Below are positions 51,757 to 61,777 of a stretch of 64,000 bases of DNA, piece after piece. The notes beneath the pieces were generated by a model. The model saw only the letters and a program-made list of their open reading frames with translations. It searched no databases and was not told where the DNA came from. Location: assembly GCA_963699255.1 (NCBI GenBank), contig OY969425.1, positions 646,070 to 710,069 on the forward strand, read 5' to 3'. The position numbers were made by a program, and so were the translations under genes. The stretch is from an uncultured bacterium. Its GTDB lineage: Bacteria; Margulisbacteria; WOR-1; CAVSGV01. Within the stretch, counting starts at the first letter, position 1. Every line of letters starts with the position of its first letter.

Positions 51757-52734
51757 TCAGTTCGCCACCTCCAATCCCATATCTTTGATCATCTGCAGGT
51801 CAACCTCCGGGGAATTCCCGGACGTCGTTAGATAATTCCCAAGTAAAGTCATATTGGCTCCAGCTAAATACATCAAGGGCTGGAGTCCGCCGAGCGAAAG
51901 CTCACGTCCCCCAAAAATACCGATGTCCTTGCCGGGCATCACGAACCTGAATGTGGCGACCAGTCTCAAAACTTCGAGGGGCGGCATCACCTTTAACTTT
52001 TCAGCTCTTGTGCCCCTGACAGGGTTTAAGATATTGATAGGTACGGATTCCGGGTCCAGATCTTTCAGCTGGAAGGCCAGCTCGACCCTCTGCTCTAGCG
52101 ACTCGCCGAGGCCGAAAATGCCGCCACAGCAGATGCGCAACCCCGTGCTTTTCGCCGCTCTGACGGTGGCGACGCGTTCCTCGAATTTGTGCGTGGTGCA
52201 GACCTTGCCGAAGAAGCTCTTCGCGGCTTCAAGGTTGTGATGGAACTTCCTGAGTCCCGCGGCCTTCAACCTTTTGAGCTGCTCTCCTGTAAGTATCCCG
52301 ATGGATGCACAGTGGTCCATATTAAGCTTCTTGTCGATCTTTGAGACCGCCCGGCATATCTCATCTATCTCCTTTTCGGACTTGATGCCCCTACCCGCCG
52401 TGACTATGCCGAAACACGTTGCACCGTTCTTTTTGCTTGCCTGCGCGCTCTTGTACATCTCGCCGGATGATATCAGCGGATAAACATCGATGGCGGTTTT
52501 GTGATGTGCTGATTGCGAGCAGAACATGCAGTTCTCGGAACATTTGCCTGATTTGGCGTTTACGATCGAGCACAGTTTGACCTTGTTCCCCTTGAAGTGC
52601 CGACGGATCTCATTCGCGGCAAAAATAAGCTGAAAAGTCTCGCTTTCCGGACGCTTGATAAGATAGAGGGCTTCCTCGAAGGATATCGGGGAGCCTTTTA
52701 TCGCTTTTTCCTGCAGACGGGCAATTTTTGACAT
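51757..52734 (-). CDS. bioB: biotin synthase (radical SAM)
   Basis: CSENCMFC radical-SAM cluster motif and YNHNLE-like region. Confidence 0.9.
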   Translation of the reverse strand: MSKIARLQEKAIKGSPISFEEALYLIKRPESETFQLIFAANEIRRHFKGNKVKLCSIVNAKSGKCSENCMFCSQSAHHKTAIDVYPLISSGEMYKSAQASKKNGATCFGIVTAGRGIKSEKEIDEICRAVSKIDKKLNMDHCASIGILTGEQLKRLKAAGLRKFHHNLEAAKSFFGKVCTTHKFEERVATVRAAKSTGLRICCGGIFGLGESLEQRVELAFQLKDLDPESVPINILNPVRGTRAEKLKVMPPLEVLRLVATFRFVMPGKDIGIFGGRELSLGGLQPLMYLAGANMTLLGNYLTTSGNSPEVDLQMIKDMGLEVAN

Positions 52735-52764
52735 AACCAGAGGATTATATCATAATAGAAAGAT

Positions 52765-53580
52765 ATGAAAAAACACCTGGTGATGCTCCACGGCTTCGGC
52801 TGTGACTCAAGGGTATTCTCATCGATCGGAACGAAACTGTCAAAAGACCATGACGTCCTTATGGTGGACCTGCCCGGCCACGGCCAGACCAAGGAAAAGT
52901 TCGGCGATTTTTCTTTCTCCGCTTACACGATACTTCACGCGCTCGACCAATATCTGGGCGAGCCTTACTCTCTTCTCGGCTGGTCGATGGGAGGACAGAT
53001 CGCGCTAGAAATGTACAAGCAAACAAAGAAGAGATGGGAGATGAGAGATGCGAGATGCGAAAAGCAAGAGTCTAAATGCAAATGCGGGCACGATCACGAA
53101 CATGAACATGCGCACAGCGATATCACATCGCTCATCCTCGTTTCATCCACGCCAAAGTTCGTGGCTTCAGACGATTTCCCATTCGGAATGAACAAGGCCG
53201 TTTTCAGCAAGTTCAGAAAGGGTCTAAAAGATCACCCTGAAAAGACAATGAACGATTTTTACAACCTTGTATTCTCTGACAACGAGGATGCGTCCTTGTT
53301 TCTATCCAGCATCCAAACCCAAACCCCATCCCAACAGACCCTTCTAGAATGCTTGAAAAGTTTCGAGCGCTTCGACGGAAGGAACATTCTTCCCGCGGTG
53401 AACGTCCCCACCCTGATAATGGCCGGCGACGGCGATGAGGTGATCGACCCGAAGGCGTCGCTTTATCTGTCGCAGGAAATAAAGAGCAGCTCATTGAAGA
53501 TGTTCAGGGGCGCCGGACACGCGCCGCATCTTACAAGAGAAAAGGAAATGATCGATGAGATCTCAAAGTTCCTTGGATAA
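52765..53580 (+). CDS. bioH: alpha/beta hydrolase, BioH-like pimeloyl-ACP methyl ester esterase, with a His/Cys-rich insertion
   Basis: GWSMGG nucleophile elbow. Divergent from bioB and adjacent to bioC. An insertion ~KKRWEMRDARCEKQESKCKCGHDHEHEHAH is partly encoded by (GAGATGN)x4. Confidence 0.6.
   Translation: MKKHLVMLHGFGCDSRVFSSIGTKLSKDHDVLMVDLPGHGQTKEKFGDFSFSAYTILHALDQYLGEPYSLLGWSMGGQIALEMYKQTKKRWEMRDARCEKQESKCKCGHDHEHEHAHSDITSLILVSSTPKFVASDDFPFGMNKAVFSKFRKGLKDHPEKTMNDFYNLVFSDNEDASLFLSSIQTQTPSQQTLLECLKSFERFDGRNILPAVNVPTLIMAGDGDEVIDPKASLYLSQEIKSSSLKMFRGAGHAPHLTREKEMIDEISKFLG
53029..53064. repeat. heptanucleotide array (GAGATGN)x4 inside the bioH-like CDS (in frame)
   Basis: AGAGATG GGAGATG AGAGATG CGAGATG. 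Confidence 0.6.
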
Positions 53581-54359
53581 GAACAAGATAGCCCGGTCCT
53601 TTTCAAGATCGGCCGAGACTTACGACCTGTTTTCCCGGCTGCAAAAAGACCTTGCGAACGATCTGGTAAAGTCCGTAGCATCCATCAATATCTCCCCGAA
53701 GAACATACTTGATATCGGCACGGGAACAGGTAATGTTGCATTCCTGCTGCATGAAAGATACAGGGACGCCATTATCACCGGCTGCGACATAGCTCCTGGA
53801 ATGATAAAGAAAGCCGCCAACAACAACCCTTATGAGAACGTGGCTTTCGAGGTGGCTGACGCCGAGAACCTGCCTTTTACGGATAAGAAGTTCGATCTTG
53901 TAGTATCCAGCACGACATTTCAATGGGTCGAGGACCTTTCCAGGGCGTTCTCGGAGGCGAAAAGAGTTCTCATCCCCGGCGGGTACTTCGCATTCGTTAC
54001 TTTCGGGCCAAAAACCCTGTCGGAACTTAAACGGAATTACAAGATCGCCTTCGGTGAAGATGCGGATCATCTGCACAAGTTCAATAACATGCGCGAGATA
54101 CAGGCGATGCTGAAAACGGCCGGTTTTGAGGCTTTAAAATTGAACTCCGACACGCTGAGGGAATTCTACCCTGATTTCAGGACGTTCTTCAGGTCGCTGA
54201 AGGGGCTCGGAGCGCTGAACGCCTCGCCGGACCTGCCGAAAGGTCTAAGGTCACCGGACAAAGATGAACGCGCTGATCAAGTATTACGAGACCAACAGCA
54301 GGATAGGGAACCGGGTTTATGCGACGTTCGAGGTCATCAGAGTGCTCTGCAGGGCGTGA
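53555..54359 (+). CDS. bioC: malonyl-ACP O-methyltransferase, with a C-terminal frameshift near 54250
   Basis: ILDIGTGTGN motif I. The conserved C-terminus (MNALIKYYETNSRIGNRVYATFEVIRVLCRA) is in the +1 frame and ends at 54359. The ORF-track frame reads through to 54370. Confidence 0.8.
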
Positions 54360-54373
54360 TCAGAACTTGACCT

Positions 54374-54781
54374 CTATCGCCCTGGGCGGGCACGGAAGAA
54401 CGCACAGTTCGCACGCGATGCATTTTTCCGGATCGAACTCCACCTCATCGTTTTCCTGTCGTTTATATAAAGCGCTCCCACAGGGCACTGAGCGACGCAC
54501 GCCCCGCACTGAGTGCATTTGTCCCAGTTGACCACGATGTCTTTTTCCAGCGGCTGGACATTCACCCCTTGTTTCTTCAGGTAATCGAGGCCTTTTTTGA
54601 TCTCGGCTTCCTCTCCCGTCAGCTCCAGCACCATCAGCCCCTCGTCATCCGGCATTATGTTCGCCCGCAGTATATTGAAAGAGAGCCCGTAATCCTTGAT
54701 GAGCCTGTAAACTATCGGCTGGTCTATCTTTTCTTTTGGGAACTTGAGCACTATCCTTTTTGATGTTGTCATAATTATCAT
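54374..54781 (-). CDS. NIL-domain / 4Fe-4S ferredoxin protein (homolog of the methanogen homocysteine-biosynthesis partner protein)
   Basis: MetN-C-like NIL domain, then CTQCGACVAQCP ferredoxin motif. Always paired with COG1900. Confidence 0.75.
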   Translation of the reverse strand: MIIMTTSKRIVLKFPKEKIDQPIVYRLIKDYGLSFNILRANIMPDDEGLMVLELTGEEAEIKKGLDYLKKQGVNVQPLEKDIVVNWDKCTQCGACVAQCPVGALYINDRKTMRWSSIRKNASRANCAFFRARPGR

Positions 54782-54816
54782 CTCCTTAATTGGTCATTGA
54801 GTCATTGTTAATTGTG

Positions 54817-56034
54817 TCATTGTTTAACAGGCCGCTCGTTCAGCGGTTTGAACTTTACTCCATCCTCGACGCCTGGGAGTTTTGCGACAGGCTCCGTTAA
54901 AGTAAAATCGCCCTTCTTGATCCAGCTTTTCAATGTCTCGGCTATCTTAAGTGCCTTCGAATAGCTTGAAATCCCGGAAGTAGGCACTTTCTTTCCTTTT
55001 ATTTCGATCTCCCCCGACTTAAGCTGCTCGTAATTAACTTCGCCCACGACTTCCGGCTTGCCGTTCGGATACGCGTCGCTGTAATCAACTATCGCCGCAT
55101 AAATATCTTTGTCCTTTATCGCCGCATATTTCAATGTCTCCTCGCTCAATATCGGGATGGGTATGCCGATTCCAACGTTCAGCGTTGTCCCGTATCCGAC
55201 GAATGAAACTCCCTTAAGCCATTCGGGAGTCATCTGCTTCAGATCGCCGATAACGGCGAGAGTTCCGGCGGGCCTTTTCGGCACTCCGTTCTCAAGCCTC
55301 GGGGCGCCCGGATTGTGCTGCGTACCCTGCCACGCGACATATCCGACCCCTCCGCCGAGGAATATCTTTGTGCCGATCCCGACCGTTTTGTAAAAAGGAT
55401 CGTTCAGCAGAGGCGAAAGCTGTCCCGCGCTGCAGTAGTTCGCGTTACCGATGTTCGGTTTAAGGATGCCGAGATAAGTGTATATCGTTTTATCCGAAAG
55501 ATTTACCGCGACATTATAGTTCTGGTAAGCGTTGCGGAAGTTGAACAGGACCGCTTCATTGACATCCTTCAGGTTCAGCAGTGTCTTAAGCTCTCTCTTC
55601 GGATAGCAGTCGGTGCCGTAAGCCGAAGCTTCAAGCACCACATCCTTGCCCGCGACAAGCTCTTCGATGACGTGTCCTCCTCCGTACTTGAACTCGCCGG
55701 GATGGACGCTGTTCCTGGGGTCGTCATCCGGCATTGCCGTAGCGCCGAGATAGAAATCGACCGCCGCAAAACCGGTATAGACCGGCACTCCATTCAGCGT
55801 CGCCCTGCCTCCGCCCAGCTTTATTTTCGGGCGGGTGTGTCCGACGTTCATATAAGCACCGGACGAACACATCGGGCCGAACGTCGCCGTCGTTACGACG
55901 TCCACTTCCTTCGCGGCCTTCTCGATCCCTTTTTTCTCGATAAGATCAAGCAGTTCCTCCTTTGTAACGATCACCGCCTGGCCTTTTTTTATCTTCTCAT
56001 TTATTTCCTGCAACGTTTTTGCCATTTTTACCAA
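54817..56034 (-). CDS. COG1900/DUF39 homocysteine biosynthesis protein (aspartate-semialdehyde sulfurtransferase-like)
   Basis: 405 aa DUF39 architecture with conserved Cys residues. Adjacent to the NIL-ferredoxin gene and cysK. Confidence 0.75.
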   Translation of the reverse strand: MVKMAKTLQEINEKIKKGQAVIVTKEELLDLIEKKGIEKAAKEVDVVTTATFGPMCSSGAYMNVGHTRPKIKLGGGRATLNGVPVYTGFAAVDFYLGATAMPDDDPRNSVHPGEFKYGGGHVIEELVAGKDVVLEASAYGTDCYPKRELKTLLNLKDVNEAVLFNFRNAYQNYNVAVNLSDKTIYTYLGILKPNIGNANYCSAGQLSPLLNDPFYKTVGIGTKIFLGGGVGYVAWQGTQHNPGAPRLENGVPKRPAGTLAVIGDLKQMTPEWLKGVSFVGYGTTLNVGIGIPIPILSEETLKYAAIKDKDIYAAIVDYSDAYPNGKPEVVGEVNYEQLKSGEIEIKGKKVPTSGISSYSKALKIAETLKSWIKKGDFTLTEPVAKLPGVEDGVKFKPLNERPVKQ

Positions 56035-56045
56035 CTCCTTTTCTA

Positions 56046-56996
56046 TTAACTGAACAACTCGGTTGAGAGATATCGCTCCCCGGTATCCGGAAGCACAACA
56101 ACTATCATCTTGCCCTTGTTCTCATTTCTTTTCGCGACCTGGAGCGCGGCCCAGACCGCCGCTCCACTGGAGATACCCGCCAGAATCCCTTCCTTCTTTG
56201 CAAGCTCCCTGGCCGTTGCAAAGGCGTCATCCGCGGAAACAGTGACTATTTCATCGATTATCTTTCGGTTCAAAACCTCCGGAACAAAGCCGGCGCCTAT
56301 TCCCTGTATCCTGTTCGGTCCGGGCTTGCCCCCGGAAAGCACCGGCGATTCCTTGGGCTCGACTGCGATGATCTTTATGTTCTTTTTCTTCTTTTTAAGC
56401 ACTTCCCCTACCCCTGTGATCGTTCCGCCCGTCCCGACCCCGGCGATGAAGATATCCACTTTTCCTCCCGTATCCTTCCATATCTCAAGCGCCGTTGTTT
56501 TCCTGTGTATTTCGGGATTTGCCGGATTCTTGAACTGCTGCAGCAGCAGATATTTTCTGTCAGACTCAACGACTTCTTCTGCCTTTTCGATCGCTCCCCT
56601 CATGCCCTTTGACCCCTCGGTCAGGATCAATTCAGCCCCGAACGCTTTGAACAGATTTCTTCTTTCGATGCTCATCGTCTCAGGCATCGTGAGTACCAAG
56701 CTGTATCCCCTCGCCGCCGCGACGAACGCGAGAGCAATCCCCGTGTTTCCGGAGGTCGGCTCGATCAATATAGTGTCCTTTTTGATCTTGCCGGCCTTTT
56801 CCGCCGCGTCTATCATAGCCACGCCGATCCTGTCCTTCACCGAACTTGCGGGATTAAATGATTCGAGCTTCGCGATAACGGCAGCGGGAAGCCCCTCTGC
56901 CATCCTGTTCAACCTTACAAGCGGAGTGTTCCCCACCAACTGCGTAATGTCTTTTGCTATTTTTCCCATATATCCATCCCTCCTCCAGGCCGCCAC
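56046..56996 (-). CDS. cysK: cysteine synthase (O-acetylserine sulfhydrylase)
   Basis: PLP-lysine motif SVKDRIG and a GTGGT glycine loop. Confidence 0.85.
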   Translation of the reverse strand: MAAWRRDGYMGKIAKDITQLVGNTPLVRLNRMAEGLPAAVIAKLESFNPASSVKDRIGVAMIDAAEKAGKIKKDTILIEPTSGNTGIALAFVAAARGYSLVLTMPETMSIERRNLFKAFGAELILTEGSKGMRGAIEKAEEVVESDRKYLLLQQFKNPANPEIHRKTTALEIWKDTGGKVDIFIAGVGTGGTITGVGEVLKKKKKNIKIIAVEPKESPVLSGGKPGPNRIQGIGAGFVPEVLNRKIIDEIVTVSADDAFATARELAKKEGILAGISSGAAVWAALQVAKRNENKGKMIVVVLPDTGERYLSTELFS

Positions 56997-57434
56997 CTAA
57001 ATATAATACTCCGAGAACTTGTTTTCATTTTTCTTTTGCCTGTCCCTTAAGTCGGCAAAAGTCAGAGAATCAATTTTTGCGGCTATGTATTTCCCTATAT
57101 CGCAGAAAACATCCCTTAAGACGCATCTGGACGAATAGCTGCATGTCTCCTTGTGGTTGACGCACGCTATCGGCTCGACCGGACCCTCAATATATCTTAT
57201 CACCTGTCCCATCGTGATATCTTTCGGGCCCCTTGATAAGACATAGCCGCCTTTTTGGCCCCGAAAGCTCTTAACGAACCCGCCTTTTTTCAGTTGGAGC
57301 AGGATCTGCTCCAGGAACTTCACCGGGATATCCTGCCTCCTGGCAATCTCATCCGAAGATTGAAGCTTGCCCTGGTTGATGCTCAGGTCGAGTATTACTT
57401 TCAGCGCGTAATCACCTTTAAATGTTATCTTCAT
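56997..57434 (-). CDS. Rrf2-family transcriptional regulator (CymR/IscR-like)
   Basis: N-terminal wHTH (DYALKVILDL...SSDEIARRQDIPVKFLEQILLQLKKGGFV). Confidence 0.85.
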   Translation of the reverse strand: MKITFKGDYALKVILDLSINQGKLQSSDEIARRQDIPVKFLEQILLQLKKGGFVKSFRGQKGGYVLSRGPKDITMGQVIRYIEGPVEPIACVNHKETCSYSSRCVLRDVFCDIGKYIAAKIDSLTFADLRDRQKKNENKFSEYYI

Positions 57435-57488
57435 AATTAATCCCTACTAACTTGATGGGAATTATATACTATTATCGGAGGTTGTCAA
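57434..57488 (-). promoter_or_regulatory. sigma70-type promoter (TTGACA-N16-TATAAT) overlapped by an inverted repeat ATATAATTCCC-N12-GGGATTAATTAT; candidate Rrf2 autoregulatory operator
   Basis: On the minus strand, -35 TTGACA lies at 57488-57483 and -10 TATAAT at 57466-57461. The IR spans 57468-57434 and reaches the start codon. Confidence 0.5.
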
Positions 57489-57504
57489 GCGAAATTTCAG
57501 TTCT

Positions 57505-58380
57505 TTACTGGATCGCCATCCCGAGGAATTGTCTCACGAGCAGCCCGATCACAAAGCTTAATGCAGCGACGCCCATACTGATGGACGCCATCTCAAGGAA
57601 CCTGGTCATGAATGATATCTCTTTTACGACCGAATAATAGAAGGCGAACAAAAATATCATTATTATCGCGCCAAGCAATGTCAGCCCCAGGCAAGTCAGA
57701 TAATTCGACACCAGGAGATACGGAAGAATAAGCACAATAACCACGCAAACATATGTCAGCGTGGTATAGAAAGATGCCTTGAACGGGTCCCTCGCCTCTC
57801 CCTCTGTCTTTGTCGACAGATATTCGGAGGCCCCCATGGATAGAGAGGCCGCGATCCCCGTGATCAAACCCGCGACGCCTACTAACTTCGCGTTCTGTAA
57901 AGCAAATGTAAGCCCCGCCAGAGTACCGGTCAGCTCTACAAGCGCGTCGTTAAGGCCGAGTACGATGGAGCCGATGTATTTCAACTTTTCTTCATCGATC
58001 ATTGCGACAAGCTCATGTTCGTGTCTGGTCTCATCGTCGCGGATATTAAGGGCTTCGGGTATCACATTTGAAATCTTTTCATACGCCTTCTGGGCGCCCT
58101 TTTCTCCGTTTTCCATAAGCTTTATCCCGAACGTGATCCCGAAGATGCATGAAACGATCAAGTAGAACCAGTATTTGATCCGGTCCATCTTAACATCGAT
58201 CCCGGAGTGTCCTTTCCATATATTATAATGACGAAGCTCATCATCGGAGATCCTGCGCAGGACATCATCGTTCCGTTTATCCTTGCTTAGCTGTGCAAGC
58301 TTTCTGTAAAAAAGATGCTCTGTGATCTCGTTTTTCTGGAAACCAAGAACGATCCCTCTGGTCCTTGCATCAAGCGCCAT
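57505..58380 (-). CDS. VIT1/CCC1-family iron/manganese transporter with an N-terminal ferritin-like (rubrerythrin-type) domain
   Basis: ExxH ferritin-like motifs N-terminally, then a VIT1 membrane domain (GLNDALVELTGTLAGL). Confidence 0.8.
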   Translation of the reverse strand: MALDARTRGIVLGFQKNEITEHLFYRKLAQLSKDKRNDDVLRRISDDELRHYNIWKGHSGIDVKMDRIKYWFYLIVSCIFGITFGIKLMENGEKGAQKAYEKISNVIPEALNIRDDETRHEHELVAMIDEEKLKYIGSIVLGLNDALVELTGTLAGLTFALQNAKLVGVAGLITGIAASLSMGASEYLSTKTEGEARDPFKASFYTTLTYVCVVIVLILPYLLVSNYLTCLGLTLLGAIIMIFLFAFYYSVVKEISFMTRFLEMASISMGVAALSFVIGLLVRQFLGMAIQ

Positions 58381-59013
58381 CTACAGCTCCCCTTTTTTGA
58401 TGGCGAACTCGATCGTGTCGACAAGCCTGTGGGTCTTCATGTCAACAGTGTTTATAAGGACTTCGGACAGATATTGCCTTGATGGGCCGCTGCCCGACAG
58501 CTTTATAAGCGGCCTGTCTTTTGCCCCGACGTGTATGCCTTTTGAGCTTACAAAGATGGGTATTTTCATCTCAAACGCGTACTTCCTGCCGTAGCTGGAA
58601 ATGGACCAGTACCTGTCCGTCTTGCTCCCGTATATTTTTGACAGAGCTAGCGGATAAGAGATCTTTATCTGACCGGGCTTTGAGGGGTCCGTAGCTATCC
58701 TTACCCTGTTCAGCAGGCTCTGCGCGGACCTGAAGGACACCCTGACGCTTGTCTTCTTCGCTCCCCAGCCTCTGTCAGCCTTTAAACCCGTGACGCTCCG
58801 TCCGTCTATATATATGTAAAGGTATTTCCTGCCCAGGCATAACTTGACGCTCTGCATGTCAAATCCCGACCTGTCTTTTTCAAGGAAGCGCGGAGGGCAC
58901 CTGTAGAAGGTTTTGATCTTCGCCCAATCCCAGAATTTGCCGTCGATTTTTATGCACCACGCGGAAACGGCAAGCAAAACAAAGGTTATGATAAAGATCA
59001 GCGGCTTTTTCAT
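58381..59013 (-). CDS. exported hypothetical protein
   Basis: 210 aa with a signal peptide (MKKPLIFIITFVLLAVSAWC). No known motif. Confidence 0.45.
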   Translation of the reverse strand: MKKPLIFIITFVLLAVSAWCIKIDGKFWDWAKIKTFYRCPPRFLEKDRSGFDMQSVKLCLGRKYLYIYIDGRSVTGLKADRGWGAKKTSVRVSFRSAQSLLNRVRIATDPSKPGQIKISYPLALSKIYGSKTDRYWSISSYGRKYAFEMKIPIFVSSKGIHVGAKDRPLIKLSGSGPSRQYLSEVLINTVDMKTHRLVDTIEFAIKKGEL

Positions 59014-59076
59014 TTGTGTTCATTTTATACCATTCAAAGTTGAGCGTCCACGCCAATTGCAGTATAATCACCCCGG

Positions 59077-59904
59077 ATGCTTAAATCCCAAGATGGCGTT
59101 ATTTTTTACCGGGAATGGAACTGCCCTTCTCCCAAGACGGTCGTCATACTTGTCCACGGGCTTGGCGGGTACTCGGGAAGATTCTTCGAGTTCGGCCCTT
59201 ACCTGGCAAAGCACGGCATGCAGGTCTATGCAATAGAGCTTAAAGGCTTCGGCGAATCCCCTTCCGTAAAAGGCCACATCGATAACTTCCAGACCTATAC
59301 GAACGAACTGAAGTCCCTCGTTGTAACGGCGAAAAAACTGCATGCGGAAAAAAAGATATTCATGTTCGGCGAATCGATGGGCGGGCTCATCACGCTTGAT
59401 TTCTTGATCCATCACCAGAACATGATCGACGGGGCGATCCTGATGTCCCCCGCCGTAAAAGACAAGCTGCCGATGCCCTTTGCGAAAAAACTGGAGATCT
59501 TCAGATCCGCGATGTTCGATCCGATGGCGTTCTTCCCTGCCGGCTTCTCGGCGGAGTTGTTCACGCGCGACAAAGTGATGGCAAAAAGGATAAACAACGA
59601 CCCTCTCGAGGTGAGGCAGTTCACGGCAAAGTTCTTTTTCTCGATATTGAAAGCGATGATATTCGTGAGCATGAAGCCCCGCGCGATCAATCTTCCCGTC
59701 CTCATGCTGCTTGCGGGGCATGACTCGATGATCTCTGCTGAAACCGCGGAGAGGTATTTCAAGAAAATGCCATCGAAGGACAAAGAACTGAAATGGTATC
59801 CGGAAATGTTCCACGCGCTTTATGTTGATAAGGATAGAGAGCCTGTTTTCAAGGATATTGTTGATTGGATAAATAAAAGAGCAGAGATGGGAGATGTGAG
59901 ATGA
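59077..59904 (+). CDS. alpha/beta hydrolase, lysophospholipase/monoacylglycerol-lipase-like
   Basis: [10 protein letters not shown] and GESMGG nucleophile elbow. The stop overlaps the glpK start (ATGA) inside a (GAGATGN) array. Confidence 0.75.
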   Translation: MLKSQDGVIFYREWNCPSPKTVVILVHGLGGYSGRFFEFGPYLAKHGMQVYAIELKGFGESPSVKGHIDNFQTYTNELKSLVVTAKKLHAEKKIFMFGESMGGLITLDFLIHHQNMIDGAILMSPAVKDKLPMPFAKKLEIFRSAMFDPMAFFPAGFSAELFTRDKVMAKRINNDPLEVRQFTAKFFFSILKAMIFVSMKPRAINLPVLMLLAGHDSMISAETAERYFKKMPSKDKELKWYPEMFHALYVDKDREPVFKDIVDWINKRAEMGDVR

Positions 59905-59913
59905 GAGGTGTGA
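59883..59913. repeat. heptanucleotide array (GAGATGN)x3-4 spanning the hydrolase stop and glpK start
   Basis: AGAGATG GGAGATG TGAGATG AGAGGTG. Confidence 0.6.
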
Positions 59914-61400
59914 AGAAATACATATTAGCTATAGATCAAGGCACCACCGGCTCAACGATCATCATCTTCGACAAAAAAGGCGGAATAGCATCGAGAGCTT
60001 ACCGAGAATTCCCTCAGATATTCCCAAAGCCAGGCTGGGTGGAGCATGACCCTGTCAAGATATGGCAGTCGGTAAAGCTGACGATAACCGACGCGCTAAA
60101 GGCCGGAAAGATCAAGGGAAGCGAGATCGCCGCGATCGGTATCACAAATCAGAGAGAAACCACGATCATATGGGACAGGAAGACAGGCAGGTCGATCTAC
60201 AACGCTATCGTATGGCAATGCAGAAGGACAGCGCAGATATGCGACGCCCTGAAAAAGAAGGGTCTTGAGCCCTACGTCCAGAAAGCGACCGGGCTGAAGA
60301 TAGATGCGTATTTCTCGGGAACAAAGATAAAGTGGATACTAGATAACGTCAGAGGAGCTAGAAGAGCTAGAGGAGGAAGATGTGGGGGATTGGCTTTTGG
60401 GACTGTTGATACATGGATAATATGGAATCTGACTGATGGCAAAAGTCACGTTACCGACTATTCAAATGCTTCAAGGACGATGATTTACAACATTCGAAAG
60501 CTTGATTGGGATGAAAAGCTCCTCAAAATACTTCGCATTCCGCGTTCTCTTCTTCCCAAGGTCGTCCCCTCTTCCGGAATTGCCGGGCGCACAAAAGGCC
60601 TAGGGGTCCTGCCGGACGGTATACCGATCGCAGGAATAGCCGGCGATCAGCAGGCTGCTTTATTCGGGCAGGGCTGCCACGAGCCCGGGGACATCAAGAA
60701 CACTTACGGAACCGGCTGTTTCATGCTTGTTAACACCGGAACAAAGGCCGTTAATTCAAAGACCGGCCTTTTGACAACGATCGCATGGGGAATTGATAAG
60801 AAAGTCTTTTACGCTCTTGAAGGCTCCGTTTTCATTGCTGGCGCCGCGATCCAATGGATCCGCGACGGACTGGGTCTGATCAAGAAAGCTGCAGAGACCG
60901 AAGCTATCGCAGAGTCGGTCCCTGACACAGGCGGCGTGTATTTTGTCCCTGCTTTCGTCGGCCTTGGCGCGCCTTACTGGAACATGTACGCGCGCGGCAC
61001 TATCACCGGAATAACCAGGGGCACGACCAGGGCTCATCTGGTCCGCGCGACGCTTGAGTCCCTTGCCTATCAGACAAAGGATGTACTCCTCTGCATGCAG
61101 ACGGATTCGCATCTCAAGATAAGATCGATGAAAGTGGACGGTAAAGCCGCGGAGAACGGTTTCCTGATGCAGTTCCAGGCGGATATCCTGCCGGCAAAAG
61201 TGATCCGGCCAAAGATCATCGACACCACCGCGCTCGGGGCGGCGTATCTCGCAGGTCTGGGAGTTGGTTTCTGGAAAAATCGGAACGAACTAAAGAAACT
61301 CTGGAAGATCGATAAAATATTCAGTCCTAAAATGGAGAGGACTCAAAGGAATAAGTTATATCAGGGTTGGGAAAAAGCCATATCTCAAGCTCAACGTTGA
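59901..61400 (+). CDS. glpK: glycerol kinase
   Basis: 499 aa; [11 protein letters not shown]-terminus and FGGY kinase motifs. Confidence 0.95.
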   Translation: MRGVKKYILAIDQGTTGSTIIIFDKKGGIASRAYREFPQIFPKPGWVEHDPVKIWQSVKLTITDALKAGKIKGSEIAAIGITNQRETTIIWDRKTGRSIYNAIVWQCRRTAQICDALKKKGLEPYVQKATGLKIDAYFSGTKIKWILDNVRGARRARGGRCGGLAFGTVDTWIIWNLTDGKSHVTDYSNASRTMIYNIRKLDWDEKLLKILRIPRSLLPKVVPSSGIAGRTKGLGVLPDGIPIAGIAGDQQAALFGQGCHEPGDIKNTYGTGCFMLVNTGTKAVNSKTGLLTTIAWGIDKKVFYALEGSVFIAGAAIQWIRDGLGLIKKAAETEAIAESVPDTGGVYFVPAFVGLGAPYWNMYARGTITGITRGTTRAHLVRATLESLAYQTKDVLLCMQTDSHLKIRSMKVDGKAAENGFLMQFQADILPAKVIRPKIIDTTALGAAYLAGLGVGFWKNRNELKKLWKIDKIFSPKMERTQRNKLYQGWEKAISQAQR

Positions 61401-61419
61401 GAGCTTAGATGTTTAATTT

Positions 61420-61452
61420 CTAATCTCCAATCTCTATTCTCTAATCTCTACA
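61420..61452. repeat. heptanucleotide array (GAGATTR)x5 on the minus strand, spanning the DUF167 stop codon
   Basis: Minus strand: GAGATTA GAGAATA GAGATTG GAGATTA GAAATTA. Confidence 0.55.
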
Positions 61453-61667
61453 ACCTTCTCCCTTGAAGTAAGGCCTCTTATGATCGATATTCCGCTTTTT
61501 TTAACGCCGAAATGCTCAGCAAGAAGATCGATAAGCGCGGCATTTGCCTTTCCTTCCACGGCCCTTGCCGTCAGATAGACCTTAAGGCGGCCGGGCTCCT
61601 CCACCAATCTGTCCCGTTTTGCGTTAGGAATGACCTTTATATTCAATTTTGCCATTGCAGAAAGCAT
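61434..61667 (-). CDS. DUF167 (YggU) family protein
   Basis: 77 aa; KVIPNAKRDR...LKVYLTA...GKANAALIDLLAEHFGV matches DUF167. Confidence 0.7.
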   Translation of the reverse strand: MLSAMAKLNIKVIPNAKRDRLVEEPGRLKVYLTARAVEGKANAALIDLLAEHFGVKKSGISIIRGLTSREKVVEIRE

Positions 61668-61777
61668 TTTATCACAGAAAAGCCTCCCGCTGCTCCTCCA
61701 AATAATACCTTTTCAGAAGTGAAATTTACCAATGGATGTTTCGATAATAAAGCGGCAGTGACCCGGCTGATGGGCAT

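Noticed and set aside
52735-52764. BirA operator (bioO) between divergent bioB and bioH
   Set aside because: Only a weak AT-rich pseudo-palindrome (ATTATATCATAAT) is present, with no convincing TTGTAAACC-type inverted repeat. I could not support a call.
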